A DNA stretch of 64,000 bases from an uncultured Lactobacillales bacterium (GTDB lineage: Bacteria > Pseudomonadota > Alphaproteobacteria > CAYJES01): assembly GCA_964369365.1 (NCBI GenBank), contig CAYJES010000003.1, positions 17,872 through 81,871 on the forward strand, written 5' to 3'. A program made the position numbers and the translations under genes. The notes beneath the pieces were generated by a model that made no database searches, was not told where the DNA came from, and saw nothing but the letters and a program-made list of their open reading frames with translations. This document shows, in pieces, positions 37,153 through 47,782 of the stretch (within the stretch, counting starts at the first letter, position 1; each line of letters starts with the position of its first letter).

Positions 37153-38520
37153 TTACCCCTTAAACATTTCAAGTATTGCACCAAGATTTCCTATTTCTTT
37201 TACATCAATGGTAGTAAATAAATTCTTTTCTTTTTTATTTTTATGTAAAATTTTAGGGATAATAGCAGAATTAAAACCCATTTTTGCAGCCTCTTTTAAC
37301 CTTAATTCAACTTGAGGAACTCCCCTTATCTCGCCTGACAAACCTATTTCGCCAAAAAACACAGTATCAGGAGGTGTTGGTATATTGTAAAAAGAAGACA
37401 ATATCGCTATTACAACCGCTAAATCTGCTGCTGGTTCGCCTATTCTTAGTCCGCCTGCGATATTTAAAAATACATCTTTACTTGCCAAACTTATCCCCAG
37501 TCTTGTTTCAATTACTGCAAGCAACATCATCAAACGATTATTATCCCAACCAACGACAGAACGTCTTGGTGACATACCCATACAATTAGCAGTCAAAGCT
37601 TGAATTTCCACAAGTACAGGTCTTGTTCCTTCGACCCCTGCGAATACACAAGAGCCAGACACATTGCCTTTTCGTTCCGCCAAAAACATAGCCGATGGAT
37701 TAGGAATTTCAACCAAACCCTGTTCAGCCATTTCAAAAACACCGATTTCATCAGTCGCACCAAAACGATTTTTAACCGAACGTAAAATCCTGAAGTGATG
37801 ACCTCTATCGCCTTCAAAATATAAAACTGTATCAACCATATGCTCTAATACTCTTGGTCCTGCTATACTTCCTTCTTTGGTTACGTGACCGACCAAAAAC
37901 AATATAAAACCTTTTCTTTTTGCTTGTTTAATTAATTCATTAGCACATGCGCGAACTTGCCCAACAGTACCAGGAGCAGATTCAATCGTATCAGAATACA
38001 TTGTTTGAATCGAATCGATTACAACAACATCAGGTGACGTTGCATCAAGAGATGCAATTATATCTCTTACAGAAGTTTCTGCTGCTATTGCTATGTTTGA
38101 TTTTTCTAAACCTAATCTTTTTGCGCGCAACCTTATTTGATCTGCTGATTCCTCACCTGTTATATAAACGCAAGTAGAAGATGAAGATAGCTTTGCCACC
38201 GTTTGAAGTAATATAGTTGATTTACCAATCCCAGGGTCGCCGCCTATTAATAAAACCGAGCCTACAACAATACCACCGCCGCAAACTCTGTCCAATTCTG
38301 CGATACCACTTATCAACCTTTGATTGTCAGACATTGGCGCATCAAGCGAAGTAAATTCTATTTTTCTGCCGCCTCTGCCTGCAGTTTCTTTTGCATGAGA
38401 AACTTGAATAACCTCTTCTTCTATTGTATTCCATTCTCCGCAAGAATCACATTTTCCAGACCATCTTGGGTAAACTGCACCACAATTTTGACACACATAA
38501 CTTTTCTTTGTTTTTGCCAT
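37153..38520 (-). CDS. radA: DNA repair protein RadA/Sms
   Basis: N-terminal zinc ribbon (CQNCGAVYPRWSGKCDSCGEWN), Walker A GDPGIGKST, Lon-like C-terminus. Confidence 0.9.
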   Translation of the reverse strand: MAKTKKSYVCQNCGAVYPRWSGKCDSCGEWNTIEEEVIQVSHAKETAGRGGRKIEFTSLDAPMSDNQRLISGIAELDRVCGGGIVVGSVLLIGGDPGIGKSTILLQTVAKLSSSSTCVYITGEESADQIRLRAKRLGLEKSNIAIAAETSVRDIIASLDATSPDVVVIDSIQTMYSDTIESAPGTVGQVRACANELIKQAKRKGFILFLVGHVTKEGSIAGPRVLEHMVDTVLYFEGDRGHHFRILRSVKNRFGATDEIGVFEMAEQGLVEIPNPSAMFLAERKGNVSGSCVFAGVEGTRPVLVEIQALTANCMGMSPRRSVVGWDNNRLMMLLAVIETRLGISLASKDVFLNIAGGLRIGEPAADLAVVIAILSSFYNIPTPPDTVFFGEIGLSGEIRGVPQVELRLKEAAKMGFNSAIIPKILHKNKKEKNLFTTIDVKEIGNLGAILEMFKG

Positions 38521-39290
38521 TAACTCGCCAATACTTCCATTTGGATAGGACCTTCTGATGAACCTTTTATAAATTGTTCAACGTAAGGATTTCCAGAGTT
38601 GTCTATTTTATCAATCGTGTCGCACCAAATTATTTTACCTTTATAAAGCATTGCAACTTTATCTGCTATTTTCCTTGCTGATGCCATATCATGGGTAATG
38701 GTAAGAGCCGTTGCACCAAGTTTTTTAACCGTTTTTACGATTAAATCGTTAATGACATCTGCCATTATCGGATCAAGACCAGTTGTTGGTTCATCAAAAA
38801 ATATAAATTCAGGATTAATTGCAATTGCCCTTGCAAGACCTACTCTCTTTTTCATACCGCCAGAAAGTTCGGCAGGGGATAAATCCAAAACCGAATCGTC
38901 CATACCTACTTCTGCCAAATTTTTTATGGCTATTTCCCTTGCTTCTTTTTCGTTCATTCCTTGTTGTAAAAATAAAAAAGATACGTTTTGCCATACTTTT
39001 AAGCTGTCGAACAATGCAGCATTTTGAAACAACATTCCCATTTTTGCATTTACTTTTGCGAATTCTTTTTCGTTCATTCCTATGGTTTCAACACCATCAA
39101 TTTTAATAGAACCGCTATCAGGACTAAGCAAGCCTTGAATACATTTAATGGTAACTGATTTACCTGTTCCTGAACCACCGATTATTACCAAAGATTCACC
39201 TTTTTTAATTTCTAAATCTACCCCATCAAGAACGGTTTTATTGCCAAAAGATTTACAAACATTTTTCATTTCTAATTTTAATTCTGACAT
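38520..39290 (-). CDS. mlaF: MlaF-like ABC transporter ATP-binding protein
   Basis: Walker A GGSGTGKSV; ABC signature LSGGMKKRV; adjacent to an MlaE-like permease. Confidence 0.8.
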   Translation of the reverse strand: MSELKLEMKNVCKSFGNKTVLDGVDLEIKKGESLVIIGGSGTGKSVTIKCIQGLLSPDSGSIKIDGVETIGMNEKEFAKVNAKMGMLFQNAALFDSLKVWQNVSFLFLQQGMNEKEAREIAIKNLAEVGMDDSVLDLSPAELSGGMKKRVGLARAIAINPEFIFFDEPTTGLDPIMADVINDLIVKTVKKLGATALTITHDMASARKIADKVAMLYKGKIIWCDTIDKIDNSGNPYVEQFIKGSSEGPIQMEVLAS

Positions 39291-39303
39291 ATCTTAATCT
39301 CCC

Positions 39304-40140
39304 TTACCTTGCAAAAAATAATTCTGATAAAATATAATTAAACGTCAGTATCAAAATCGATGAAGTTACCACAGAAGTTGTTACAGAATTACCAACCCCT
39401 TGAGCGCCACCTCTTGTATGAAAACCTTGATAACATCCAACCAAAGTTATGATAAATCCAAAAACTGCACCTTTTACAAGTCCAATTACGATATCCATAG
39501 GCTGCAAGAAATCAAAAGTGTTTTTTAAATAGGTTATAGAATTAAAATCAAGTTTATAAACTGATATTAAAAAACCTCCGTAAATGCCTATAATATCGCC
39601 TATCATTACCAAAAATAACATCATAAAGACACCCGCTATTATTCTTGGCGCTACTAAATATTTAAACGGATTAGTTGATAAAGTTCTAAGCGCGTCAATT
39701 TGTTCTGTTACTGACATAGTGCCAATTTCCGCAGCAATAGAAGCACCTATTCTGCCTGCCACCATAAGGCCTACTAACACCGGACCTAGTTCACGTGTTA
39801 TCGATAATGCCACCACCATTGCAACTGCACTTTCTGCTGAAAATCTTGAAAATCCTGAATAACTTTGCAATGCCAAAACCATTCCTGTAAAAATGGTGGT
39901 AAGTCCTACTACAGGTAAAGAATAGTACCCAATATCTATCATTTGACGCAGGATTTCTTTTTTATAATAAGGAGGGGTAAATATATGATAAATAGACGTT
40001 ACAGCAAATAAAAACATCTCACCCAATGAACGAAGAAACTTTATAAAAATCCTTCCTATCAATGTTAAAAAATTTAAAAATTCGCAAAAGAAAAAACTGC
40101 ATTTGCCGGGATTTATAAGCTTTGTAAACCATTTTATCAT
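39304..40140 (-). CDS. mlaE: MlaE-like ABC transporter permease
   Basis: Multi-pass membrane protein with the MlaE/YrbE family signature (...SITRELGPVLVGLMVAGRIGASIAAEIGTMSVTEQIDAL...). Confidence 0.8.
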   Translation of the reverse strand: MIKWFTKLINPGKCSFFFCEFLNFLTLIGRIFIKFLRSLGEMFLFAVTSIYHIFTPPYYKKEILRQMIDIGYYSLPVVGLTTIFTGMVLALQSYSGFSRFSAESAVAMVVALSITRELGPVLVGLMVAGRIGASIAAEIGTMSVTEQIDALRTLSTNPFKYLVAPRIIAGVFMMLFLVMIGDIIGIYGGFLISVYKLDFNSITYLKNTFDFLQPMDIVIGLVKGAVFGFIITLVGCYQGFHTRGGAQGVGNSVTTSVVTSSILILTFNYILSELFFAR

Positions 40141-40169
40141 TTTTGTTTTATCTCCTTATCAAACCCCAT

Positions 40170-41639
40170 TTACATTTCTTGTGGCAAATAATCGTCATTT
40201 GCCAAATCATAGAATTTTGTAAGTCCTTTTTCAAAATGAAGCGCAACTATTCCTGTTGGGCCGTGACGCTGTTTTGCAAGCACTACTTCTGCTTTATCTT
40301 GTGCTCTTTGTTTTGCTTTTATAAAACTATCTTCTCTTTTCATAAATGCATCGTTAGGTTCTCTTTCACCTTGTACCATTTTCTTTTTATCCAAATAGTA
40401 TTCTTCACGATACACAAACATAACAACATCAGCATCTTGCTCGATAGATCCTGATTCACGAAGATCGGCAAGTTGCGGAGTTTTGTCTTCTCTATCTTCA
40501 ACCTTACGGCTAAGCTGTGACAATACAAGAATTGGAACATTCAAATCTTTTGCCAGCATTTTTAATTGCCTAGTTATTTCAGAAATTTCCAACACCCTGT
40601 TGTCTTTATACTTTCCTGAGCCGCTTATAAGTTGCAAATAGTCAATTACGATTAAACCCAGCCCCTTATCACTACTGCGTTTAAAACGCCTTGATCTTGT
40701 TCTTATCCCATTTATTGTTACACCTGCAGTGTCATCAATATAAAATGGCAACGTTTTAAGAGTGTTTCCAGCCTCTCTTAAAATTTCAAAATCAGTAACA
40801 TCGACTTGTCCTGTACGCATTTTATGCGAATTGACCCCTGCCTCTGATGATAAAATCCTGCCTGATAGTTGGGCTGCAGACATCTCTAGTGAGAAAAATG
40901 CTACTGCTTTTTTTTCTTTTGCCCCAGGCTTTTGATTTTCTTTGTGAAATTCACGAGCAATATTAACAGCTATACAAGTTGCAAGGGCTGTTTTCCCCAT
41001 ACTTGGCCTACCGGCTAAAATCAATAAATCCGAATCGTGAAAACCACCCATCATTTTATCCAAATCGGTAAGTCCTGTTGCTGTTCCAGAAATTCCGTCT
41101 GGGTTTGCTTTTGCTTTTTCAATAGATTCCAAAACCTCGGAAAAAGATCCACCCAAAGCTTTTGGACCGCCATCGGTTTCGCCTGCATCGCCCAATTCAT
41201 ACAGCTTTCTTTCTGCCTGTTCTATTTGATCAACCGCAGATTCTTCCATATCTATTTTAACCGCAGAACCAACAATTTCTTGGCCTAAATCTATTAATTG
41301 ACGTCTCAAATATCTATCAAAAATAATTTTACCGTAATCAGCAATATTTACAATAGAAAGGCCAAGCACAGACATTTTATTTAATTGTTTTTCCAAATCG
41401 CCTATGTCATCACCTACATCAGCTGCAAGTAACGATTTCAATATTATAGTGTCAGCAAGCTTTCCTCTTGAAACTAAGTCCTTTACCATTTCATATACTT
41501 TAGCATAAAAACTGTCACTGAAGTGTATTGGTTGCAAAAATTCTTCAACCTTTTCTAATGTCTTGTTATTAGCTATAATAGCACTGATTACTGCTTGTTC
41601 TGCCTCTATACTTGTTGGAGCATTAAGTACCTTATCCAT
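40170..41639 (-). CDS. dnaB: replicative DNA helicase DnaB
   Basis: N-terminal domain (AEQAVISAII), Walker A GRPSMGKTALA, RecA-like C-terminal domain. Confidence 0.9.
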   Translation of the reverse strand: MDKVLNAPTSIEAEQAVISAIIANNKTLEKVEEFLQPIHFSDSFYAKVYEMVKDLVSRGKLADTIILKSLLAADVGDDIGDLEKQLNKMSVLGLSIVNIADYGKIIFDRYLRRQLIDLGQEIVGSAVKIDMEESAVDQIEQAERKLYELGDAGETDGGPKALGGSFSEVLESIEKAKANPDGISGTATGLTDLDKMMGGFHDSDLLILAGRPSMGKTALATCIAVNIAREFHKENQKPGAKEKKAVAFFSLEMSAAQLSGRILSSEAGVNSHKMRTGQVDVTDFEILREAGNTLKTLPFYIDDTAGVTINGIRTRSRRFKRSSDKGLGLIVIDYLQLISGSGKYKDNRVLEISEITRQLKMLAKDLNVPILVLSQLSRKVEDREDKTPQLADLRESGSIEQDADVVMFVYREEYYLDKKKMVQGEREPNDAFMKREDSFIKAKQRAQDKAEVVLAKQRHGPTGIVALHFEKGLTKFYDLANDDYLPQEM

Positions 41640-41762
41640 GTATCTTTTCTTTCTTAAATTCTTGAATTATCAAATTGTAAATATAATAAAAAAATATTGT
41701 ATGAAATGCAAGAATTGAATCCTTTTGCAAAAAAGGCTGTTAATTATGTTGATAACAATAAA

Positions 41763-43829
41763 TTAAACTGTTTCTCTTTTACGGAATTGGATGCTTAATT
41801 TATCCAATAAAACCTCAAAATTCACAGGTTTTCCAATATGATCATCCATACCAGCATCAAGCGAACGCTTTACATCAGCATCTAATGCATTTGCAGTTAC
41901 CGCTATTATCGGAATTCCTTTTAATTCTGGAATTTTTAACGACCTAATTTCTCTTGTTGTTTCATATCCATCTTTAAGAGGCATATGAATGTCCATCAAA
42001 ATAGCGTCATATTTTTCTGGACTAGCTTTTATTTTTTCCAGCGCAATAATTCCATTTTCAGCTTCATCAACATTTATTCCTACGCTGCTTAACAATGTTA
42101 CAACTATTTCCCTGTTGATTGCGATATCCTCAACTAATAAAACGTTTCTGCCCGCGAAATCTACTGCACTTTCTTCTGTTTTTTCAGGTTTCTTTGCACA
42201 AGGAATTTCTCCTCTGGTGACTGGGAATCTTACTGTGAAAACCGCACCTTTACCAAATGCACTATCTACCTCTATTGTTCCACCCATCATATCAAGTATA
42301 CTTTTGCACAAGCTAAGCCCTAATCCTGTTCCGCCATATTCACGTGCAGTTGTATTATCTACTTGCTCAAATTTTAAAAATAATCTTTTTTGAGATTCTT
42401 CTGTAATTCCTATCCCAGTATCAGAAACTATAAATTCAAGCTGCTCTTTATTTTTACCTTTTTCTGGAATTAAATTTATGCTCATTGACACAGATCCACC
42501 TTTAGGAGTGAATTTTATAGCATTTGACAATAGATTAATTAAAACTTGCGATATTCTTGTGTCATCTCCTACTATTATTTCTGGAACATTTTCATCAAGT
42601 TCTACTTTAAAATTTTGACTTTTTTCAATTGTGTGGACACTCATAATATTTTTAACGTTATGCAAGGCTGCTAATAAATTAAATGGCTTACTAATTAATT
42701 CGAATTTGCCACCATCAATTTGACTCATATCCAATATATCATTGATTATTGATAACAATTGACGCGATGCCAAATCAACAGAATCAAGACATTCCAGTAT
42801 TTTCTGCCTGTCTGTTGAACCTCTGGCTATTTTTGACATTCCTGTTATTGCATTAATTGGAGTTCTAACTTCATGGCTTATAGTGGCAAGAAAATCTGTT
42901 TTTGCCTTAGCGCTTTGTTGGGCTTCTTCTTTTGCTACTAATAAATTTTTGGTCATTTCATTACGAAGATAACTGTTTGCAAATAGTATACTTACAGATC
43001 TTAATATTATCTCATCTTCTTCCGTGAAAACCCTTTCTTTATGACAGTCATCAAAACCTACAAACCCCCAAAATTCTTCCTCAATAAATATTGGGACCAC
43101 CATTAAAGAAATAATATCTTGAGCCTCTAACAACTCTTTTTCCTCTTTGATTGCAAAATCTTTAACAAGTCTATTTATACATTTATTCGTTGATAAATCA
43201 GGATACCAAGATTCCAAAAAAGGAATGAGCATTGTTAATTCATTTCCTTGTTGAGGCTCTGCCCCCCCTGACCATTCATATACTTGTCCACAATATAAGC
43301 TTCCATCTTTTGTAAAGTTTTGCCATATATAAACCCTGTCAACACCGAAGGTTACACCTAATCTACCCATGCATTCATATAAAACTTTGTTATAATTTTT
43401 GACGTTTGATGCAAAAAGCATCGCAGAAATTTCATTAATAGTGTGTAAAACTTTATCTTGTTTTATTACTTCGCCTATTCTTATTCTTGCTTCTGTTAAA
43501 GCTGATTTTTTATTACTGTGCAAATCTTTTATAATATTTTCTAATGAAGAATCTTTATTCATTTTGCTCATTTTTCTTAATCTATCATTGAAAAATAATA
43601 AAGATAATAACATTGCATTTAAAAATAAAAATACAGCAAAATACCCAAACATTTCATTATCTGCAGCGTCGATAAAAACCAAAGAAGACCCTATGGTCAG
43701 CAAAATAATCCCGCAAATCACCAGCATAGAAAAAATGTTATTTAGAAAAAATCTGCTTTTATAAATAGACCAGAAAACAGAAACAGACCCTATAACAATT
43801 AAAGATATTGAAATCGGAAAAGAAATCAT
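41763..43829 (-). CDS. hybrid sensor histidine kinase / response regulator with a GAF domain
   Basis: N-terminal TM segments, GAF-like region, HisKA (ATISHEVRTPINAI), HATPase (GGTGLGLSLC), C-terminal REC (VLLVEDIAINREIV...LMDIHMPLKDG). Confidence 0.8.
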   Translation of the reverse strand: MISFPISISLIVIGSVSVFWSIYKSRFFLNNIFSMLVICGIILLTIGSSLVFIDAADNEMFGYFAVFLFLNAMLLSLLFFNDRLRKMSKMNKDSSLENIIKDLHSNKKSALTEARIRIGEVIKQDKVLHTINEISAMLFASNVKNYNKVLYECMGRLGVTFGVDRVYIWQNFTKDGSLYCGQVYEWSGGAEPQQGNELTMLIPFLESWYPDLSTNKCINRLVKDFAIKEEKELLEAQDIISLMVVPIFIEEEFWGFVGFDDCHKERVFTEEDEIILRSVSILFANSYLRNEMTKNLLVAKEEAQQSAKAKTDFLATISHEVRTPINAITGMSKIARGSTDRQKILECLDSVDLASRQLLSIINDILDMSQIDGGKFELISKPFNLLAALHNVKNIMSVHTIEKSQNFKVELDENVPEIIVGDDTRISQVLINLLSNAIKFTPKGGSVSMSINLIPEKGKNKEQLEFIVSDTGIGITEESQKRLFLKFEQVDNTTAREYGGTGLGLSLCKSILDMMGGTIEVDSAFGKGAVFTVRFPVTRGEIPCAKKPEKTEESAVDFAGRNVLLVEDIAINREIVVTLLSSVGINVDEAENGIIALEKIKASPEKYDAILMDIHMPLKDGYETTREIRSLKIPELKGIPIIAVTANALDADVKRSLDAGMDDHIGKPVNFEVLLDKLSIQFRKRETV

Positions 43830-43901
43830 AGATAATGCCTTTCAAAATATTATTAAATAAATAGTACTATTTTTTTAAATAAAATACAAGAACAGTATTA
43901 T

Positions 43902-44570
43902 TTGATATTTATAAAAGAGGAATTTATGAAAGAAACAGCATTAAAAATAAGTGATTTTATGGATATTGTTGAAAAATTATGTCTTGTTAATAGAGATAAT
44001 TTATTATCTGATGGTTCTGTTGAGAGTGATGCTGCGCACATAACAAAACTGGCCTTTTTAGTTTTATTTACCACTCCTTATTTAAAAAGAAAAGTCGACG
44101 TTAATAAAATGCTTGAAATGGTTATTGTTCATGATTTGGCAGAAGCGCATTGTGGAGATGTGCCATTGTCGCACCAACATCTTGACCCTAATGCAAAAGC
44201 ATTAAAAAAAGAAAGAGAACAAAAAGCAATAGAACACTTTAAAACTTTATTGCCTACACCTATTAATGAAAAAATTTATGATTTATTCCAAGAATATGAA
44301 AAAAGGGAAACTATTGAATCTAAAATTGTTTGGTGCCTAGATAAATTAGAGGCTAATAGCCAAGCGAATCGCCACAAAGATGGCGACATACGGTATTGGG
44401 AAGAAGCAGGAGGCGGCGATTGGTATTACAGATATGCCCTTAGAAAAAATGTAGTTATTGATGAACTTGATGAGGAAATTTTAAATGAACTTGAACAAAT
44501 TTTGATTGATAAAACTATATTCAATATGAAAAAACATAACATTCCAATTCCTGTGAGCGAAAATGATTGA
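43902..44570 (+). CDS. HD-domain phosphohydrolase (YfbR-like 5'-deoxynucleotidase family)
   Basis: ESDAAHITKLA...VHDLAEAHCGDVP is the HD motif. Confidence 0.6.
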   Translation: MIFIKEEFMKETALKISDFMDIVEKLCLVNRDNLLSDGSVESDAAHITKLAFLVLFTTPYLKRKVDVNKMLEMVIVHDLAEAHCGDVPLSHQHLDPNAKALKKEREQKAIEHFKTLLPTPINEKIYDLFQEYEKRETIESKIVWCLDKLEANSQANRHKDGDIRYWEEAGGGDWYYRYALRKNVVIDELDEEILNELEQILIDKTIFNMKKHNIPIPVSEND

Positions 44571-46380
44571 AGCTAAAAATATTACGTACCGCATTGGTGA
44601 GAGAATTTTATTCGATGACGCATCTTTTTCCATCACAAAAGGTCAAAAAATAGGGTTAATTGGTCCTAATGGTTCTGGTAAAACTACACTTTTAAAAATT
44701 TTACAAAATATACTTGAAACAGATAAAGGCGATATTGTTTATAATGGCAAAGACATAAAAATAACAACCATTAATCAAGAAATTCCAAATACAGATATTT
44801 CGGTGATAGATTTTGTTTTAAAAATGGATAAAAAACGCCATGAGCTGTTAAAATTAGCAGAATCGAATCCTGAAAATATCGCTGAAATTCATGAACAATT
44901 AAATGCTATTAATGCTTCTGCTGCTCCTAGTCGTGCCGCTAGCATCCTTGCTGGACTTGGGTTTAGTAATGACGATATAAAACGACCTATATGCGAATTT
45001 TCAGGTGGATGGCAAATGAGGGCTGCTTTGGCTGGGGCTTTATTTTTCAGTGGTGATTTACTGTTGCTTGATGAACCTACTAATCATCTTGATTTAGAAA
45101 CCGCTATATGGCTGGAAAATTATTTAGTTAAAACTTCTGCAACAATACTTATCATAAGTCATGATAGAAATATTTTAAACAAAGTTTGCAACGGAATAAT
45201 AAGTATAGAAAATGAAAAAATTATTTCATATGGTGGAAATTATGATACTTATGAAAAGACAAAAGCAATGCGAATCGACTTATTAAAAAAACAAGCGCAA
45301 AAATATGAAATAAGAAAAAAACATTTACAAACATTTGTTGATAGGTTCAGGTACAAAGCTAGCAAAGCAAAACAAGCCCAAACCAGGCTTAAAATGATTG
45401 AAAAGATGGGAGATATGCCTGAAATCCCAAAAGATTATAGCGTTAAGTTTGATTTTCCTTCTCCTTCACTAATGCCTTCTCCCTTATTGCAGTTCGAAAA
45501 CGTTAATGCTGGGTATGGCGATAATATAGTTCTTAAAGATCTATCATTTAGGCTCGATCAAGATGATAGAATCGCTTTTTTAGGTCAAAATGGAAATGGT
45601 AAGACAACTCTTGCTAAAGTAATATCTGAAAAACTAGCCCCGATAAATGGAGATATTAAAAAAAGCGCCAAACTATCTGTCGCTTATTTTTCCCAAATTC
45701 AAACCGAGGAATTAGACGTTTCAAAAACTGCTTATCAAATCATGGCAAGACAAATGAAAAATGCATCTGAAGTTAAGGTGCGGGCTCATTTAGCTAGATT
45801 TGGACTTAGCGATGAAAAAGCAAATACAAGAATTGAACAAATTTCTGGTGGCGAAAAATCACGATTGCTTCTTGCTCTTATCACCAAAGATGCTCCAAAT
45901 ATCCTAATCCTTGATGAACCTACTAACCACCTTGACATAGCATCAAGAGAAGCACTTATCGACGCATTAAACGAATATCAAGGGGCCGTTATTTTAATTA
46001 CACACGATTTACATATAATTGAACTTACATGTGATAGATTATGGCTTGTAAAAAACAAAAATTGCCAAGAATTCAATGGCAACATTGAGGATTTTAAAAA
46101 TATTATTATAAGCGAAAATAAAGAATCCACAAAAAAAACAGAAGTAAAAGCAGGCAAACAAGTCTATCAAGAGCAAGTTAAAAAACGCCAAGAAAAACAA
46201 AATAAAGAAAGAAAATGTGAAAAAATCCTTGCTGAAATAGAAAAATTAGAAATTAAAAAAAATGAAATAGAAGCGGAAATAACAAATAATTATAGTGATT
46301 TATTACAAAAATCTTATAATGAAATTACTGAAAATATAACAAAACTTGAAGAAGAATATTTTTCTTTGCAAGAATCGTAA
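44563..46380 (+). CDS. ABC-F family ATPase (two ABC domains, C-terminal coiled coil)
   Basis: Two Walker A sites (GPNGSGKTT, GQNGNGKTT), two ABC signatures (FSGGWQMR, ISGGEKSR), no TM domain. Confidence 0.85.
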   Translation: MIEAKNITYRIGERILFDDASFSITKGQKIGLIGPNGSGKTTLLKILQNILETDKGDIVYNGKDIKITTINQEIPNTDISVIDFVLKMDKKRHELLKLAESNPENIAEIHEQLNAINASAAPSRAASILAGLGFSNDDIKRPICEFSGGWQMRAALAGALFFSGDLLLLDEPTNHLDLETAIWLENYLVKTSATILIISHDRNILNKVCNGIISIENEKIISYGGNYDTYEKTKAMRIDLLKKQAQKYEIRKKHLQTFVDRFRYKASKAKQAQTRLKMIEKMGDMPEIPKDYSVKFDFPSPSLMPSPLLQFENVNAGYGDNIVLKDLSFRLDQDDRIAFLGQNGNGKTTLAKVISEKLAPINGDIKKSAKLSVAYFSQIQTEELDVSKTAYQIMARQMKNASEVKVRAHLARFGLSDEKANTRIEQISGGEKSRLLLALITKDAPNILILDEPTNHLDIASREALIDALNEYQGAVILITHDLHIIELTCDRLWLVKNKNCQEFNGNIEDFKNIIISENKESTKKTEVKAGKQVYQEQVKKRQEKQNKERKCEKILAEIEKLEIKKNEIEAEITNNYSDLLQKSYNEITENITKLEEEYFSLQES

Positions 46381-46387
46381 AAAAATA

Positions 46388-46416
46388 TTGACAAATTATC
46401 TTTTCGAGGTTATTAT
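46388..46416 (+). promoter_or_regulatory. sigma70-like promoter (TTGACA-N17-TATTAT)
   Basis: TTGACA at 46388-46393, a 17-nt spacer, TATTAT at 46411-46416, upstream of the ORF at 46444. Confidence 0.35.
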
Positions 46417-46443
46417 TGATTATTATCAACTAATAATTTTTAT

Positions 46444-46839
46444 ATGAAAGGATATATCTCAATGGAAAAAATTTCTAACAAACCAACAAAACCTAACACA
46501 GAACTTACAAAAGCTCTTGAAAAATCAATTATGGTTGGGGTTTCTGAAGATAGAATGTCAAGAATTGTTAATGAAAAAAGCATTGATATTGTAAAAAGAT
46601 TGGGAGTTATCCAGGCTACTTTGAGCTTCACTGATAAAATTACTGAAAAAGAAATACTTCAATTAAAGGCAGAAGGTGCTGTTGCTTTGGTTATTTATAA
46701 CTTAAAGGAAGATGGTCATAAAAAAGAAGATGTAAAAAATATTTATGCCAATTCATTGCACGCTGCAAAAGCAAACTTAGAAAGAAGAGCAGCTAAAGCA
46801 AATAGACTTGATCTTTTAAAAGACCAAAATACTAGATAG
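46444..46839 (+). CDS. hypothetical protein
   Basis: 131 aa (or from MEKISNK at 46462). No recognisable domain. Has its own promoter and terminator. Confidence 0.4.
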   Translation: MKGYISMEKISNKPTKPNTELTKALEKSIMVGVSEDRMSRIVNEKSIDIVKRLGVIQATLSFTDKITEKEILQLKAEGAVALVIYNLKEDGHKKEDVKNIYANSLHAAKANLERRAAKANRLDLLKDQNTR

Positions 46840-46859
46840 CTAAGTCTAATTAATAAAAA

Positions 46860-46890
46860 AAAGGGGAATTTAAAAATTCCTCTTTTTTAT
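46860..46890 (+). terminator. rho-independent terminator
   Basis: ggggaattt/aaattcctc hairpin followed by TTTTTTATTT. Confidence 0.55.
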
Positions 46891-46918
46891 TTGAAAAAAC
46901 TGTTTTAAACTTAATCCT

Positions 46919-47782
46919 ATGGAAAAAATAAATCTAAATATTGATGAAACTAGGCAAAAAGCCATTAACTTTGTCACAACATCGTGGCAAGCTTATGAAA
47001 TAAATGAAAAATATCCTGTTAAAGATTATGATTCTTTGATTAATAATGCATTTAATGATCTTGTTGCTGATAAAGATAAATATCCGATGATGATGCGTAT
47101 TTGTGGGCAATCGGGAAGCGGTAAATCCACCCAACTATTGCCTGCTGCAAAAGAAGGATTCAAAATGTTTAATGTTAATCCTATTTGTGTTGCAGTACGA
47201 AATTTTGCGCCATACCATCCTTATTATAATGAAATAAAAGAAAAATATGGTGAAGATATGTTAAGGGAAAACACCAATGGTTTTGCCTTACTGTTATTAT
47301 TTTTAACTTTAGAAAAATTGATTATTTCCGGATATCCTATTATTTTTGAAGTTACACTTCTTGATAGTTATTTCGAGCTATATTTTGCTGAACTTGCTAA
47401 AAAATATAATTACCATATTGATTACCACCTGATTTCTGTTTCAAAAAATCAATCTGATAGATGGATTGATGAACGTAAAATATTTTCAGAGGTTGAAAAA
47501 AATCGAATCGTTGCAACTAGTTCTTCTGATTATTTTTATAAAGCTCTGCCTATTGCTATCGAATCGTTACAAAACATAGAAAATAGCAATAAATGTTATA
47601 TATGGAATGGATATCAAAACGAACCTGTTTATAGCGGTTTATTGTCTGATAAGAAAGTATTGCAAAACCTTAGACAATTTCAAAAAGAAACTTTTGCCCC
47701 TAAAAATCCTGATGAATTAAGAATGGCAAAAATAAGTTGGTTCAAAAAACACTATTCATCCAAATTAAGCGCTACGTCGTAG
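46919..47782 (+). CDS. zeta-toxin-family P-loop kinase-like protein
   Basis: Walker A [32 protein letters not shown] aligns with zeta [23 protein letters not shown], and GYPIIFEVT with GYNLVIEGT (zeta sequence from memory). Monocistronic. Confidence 0.5.
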   Translation: [287 protein letters not shown]

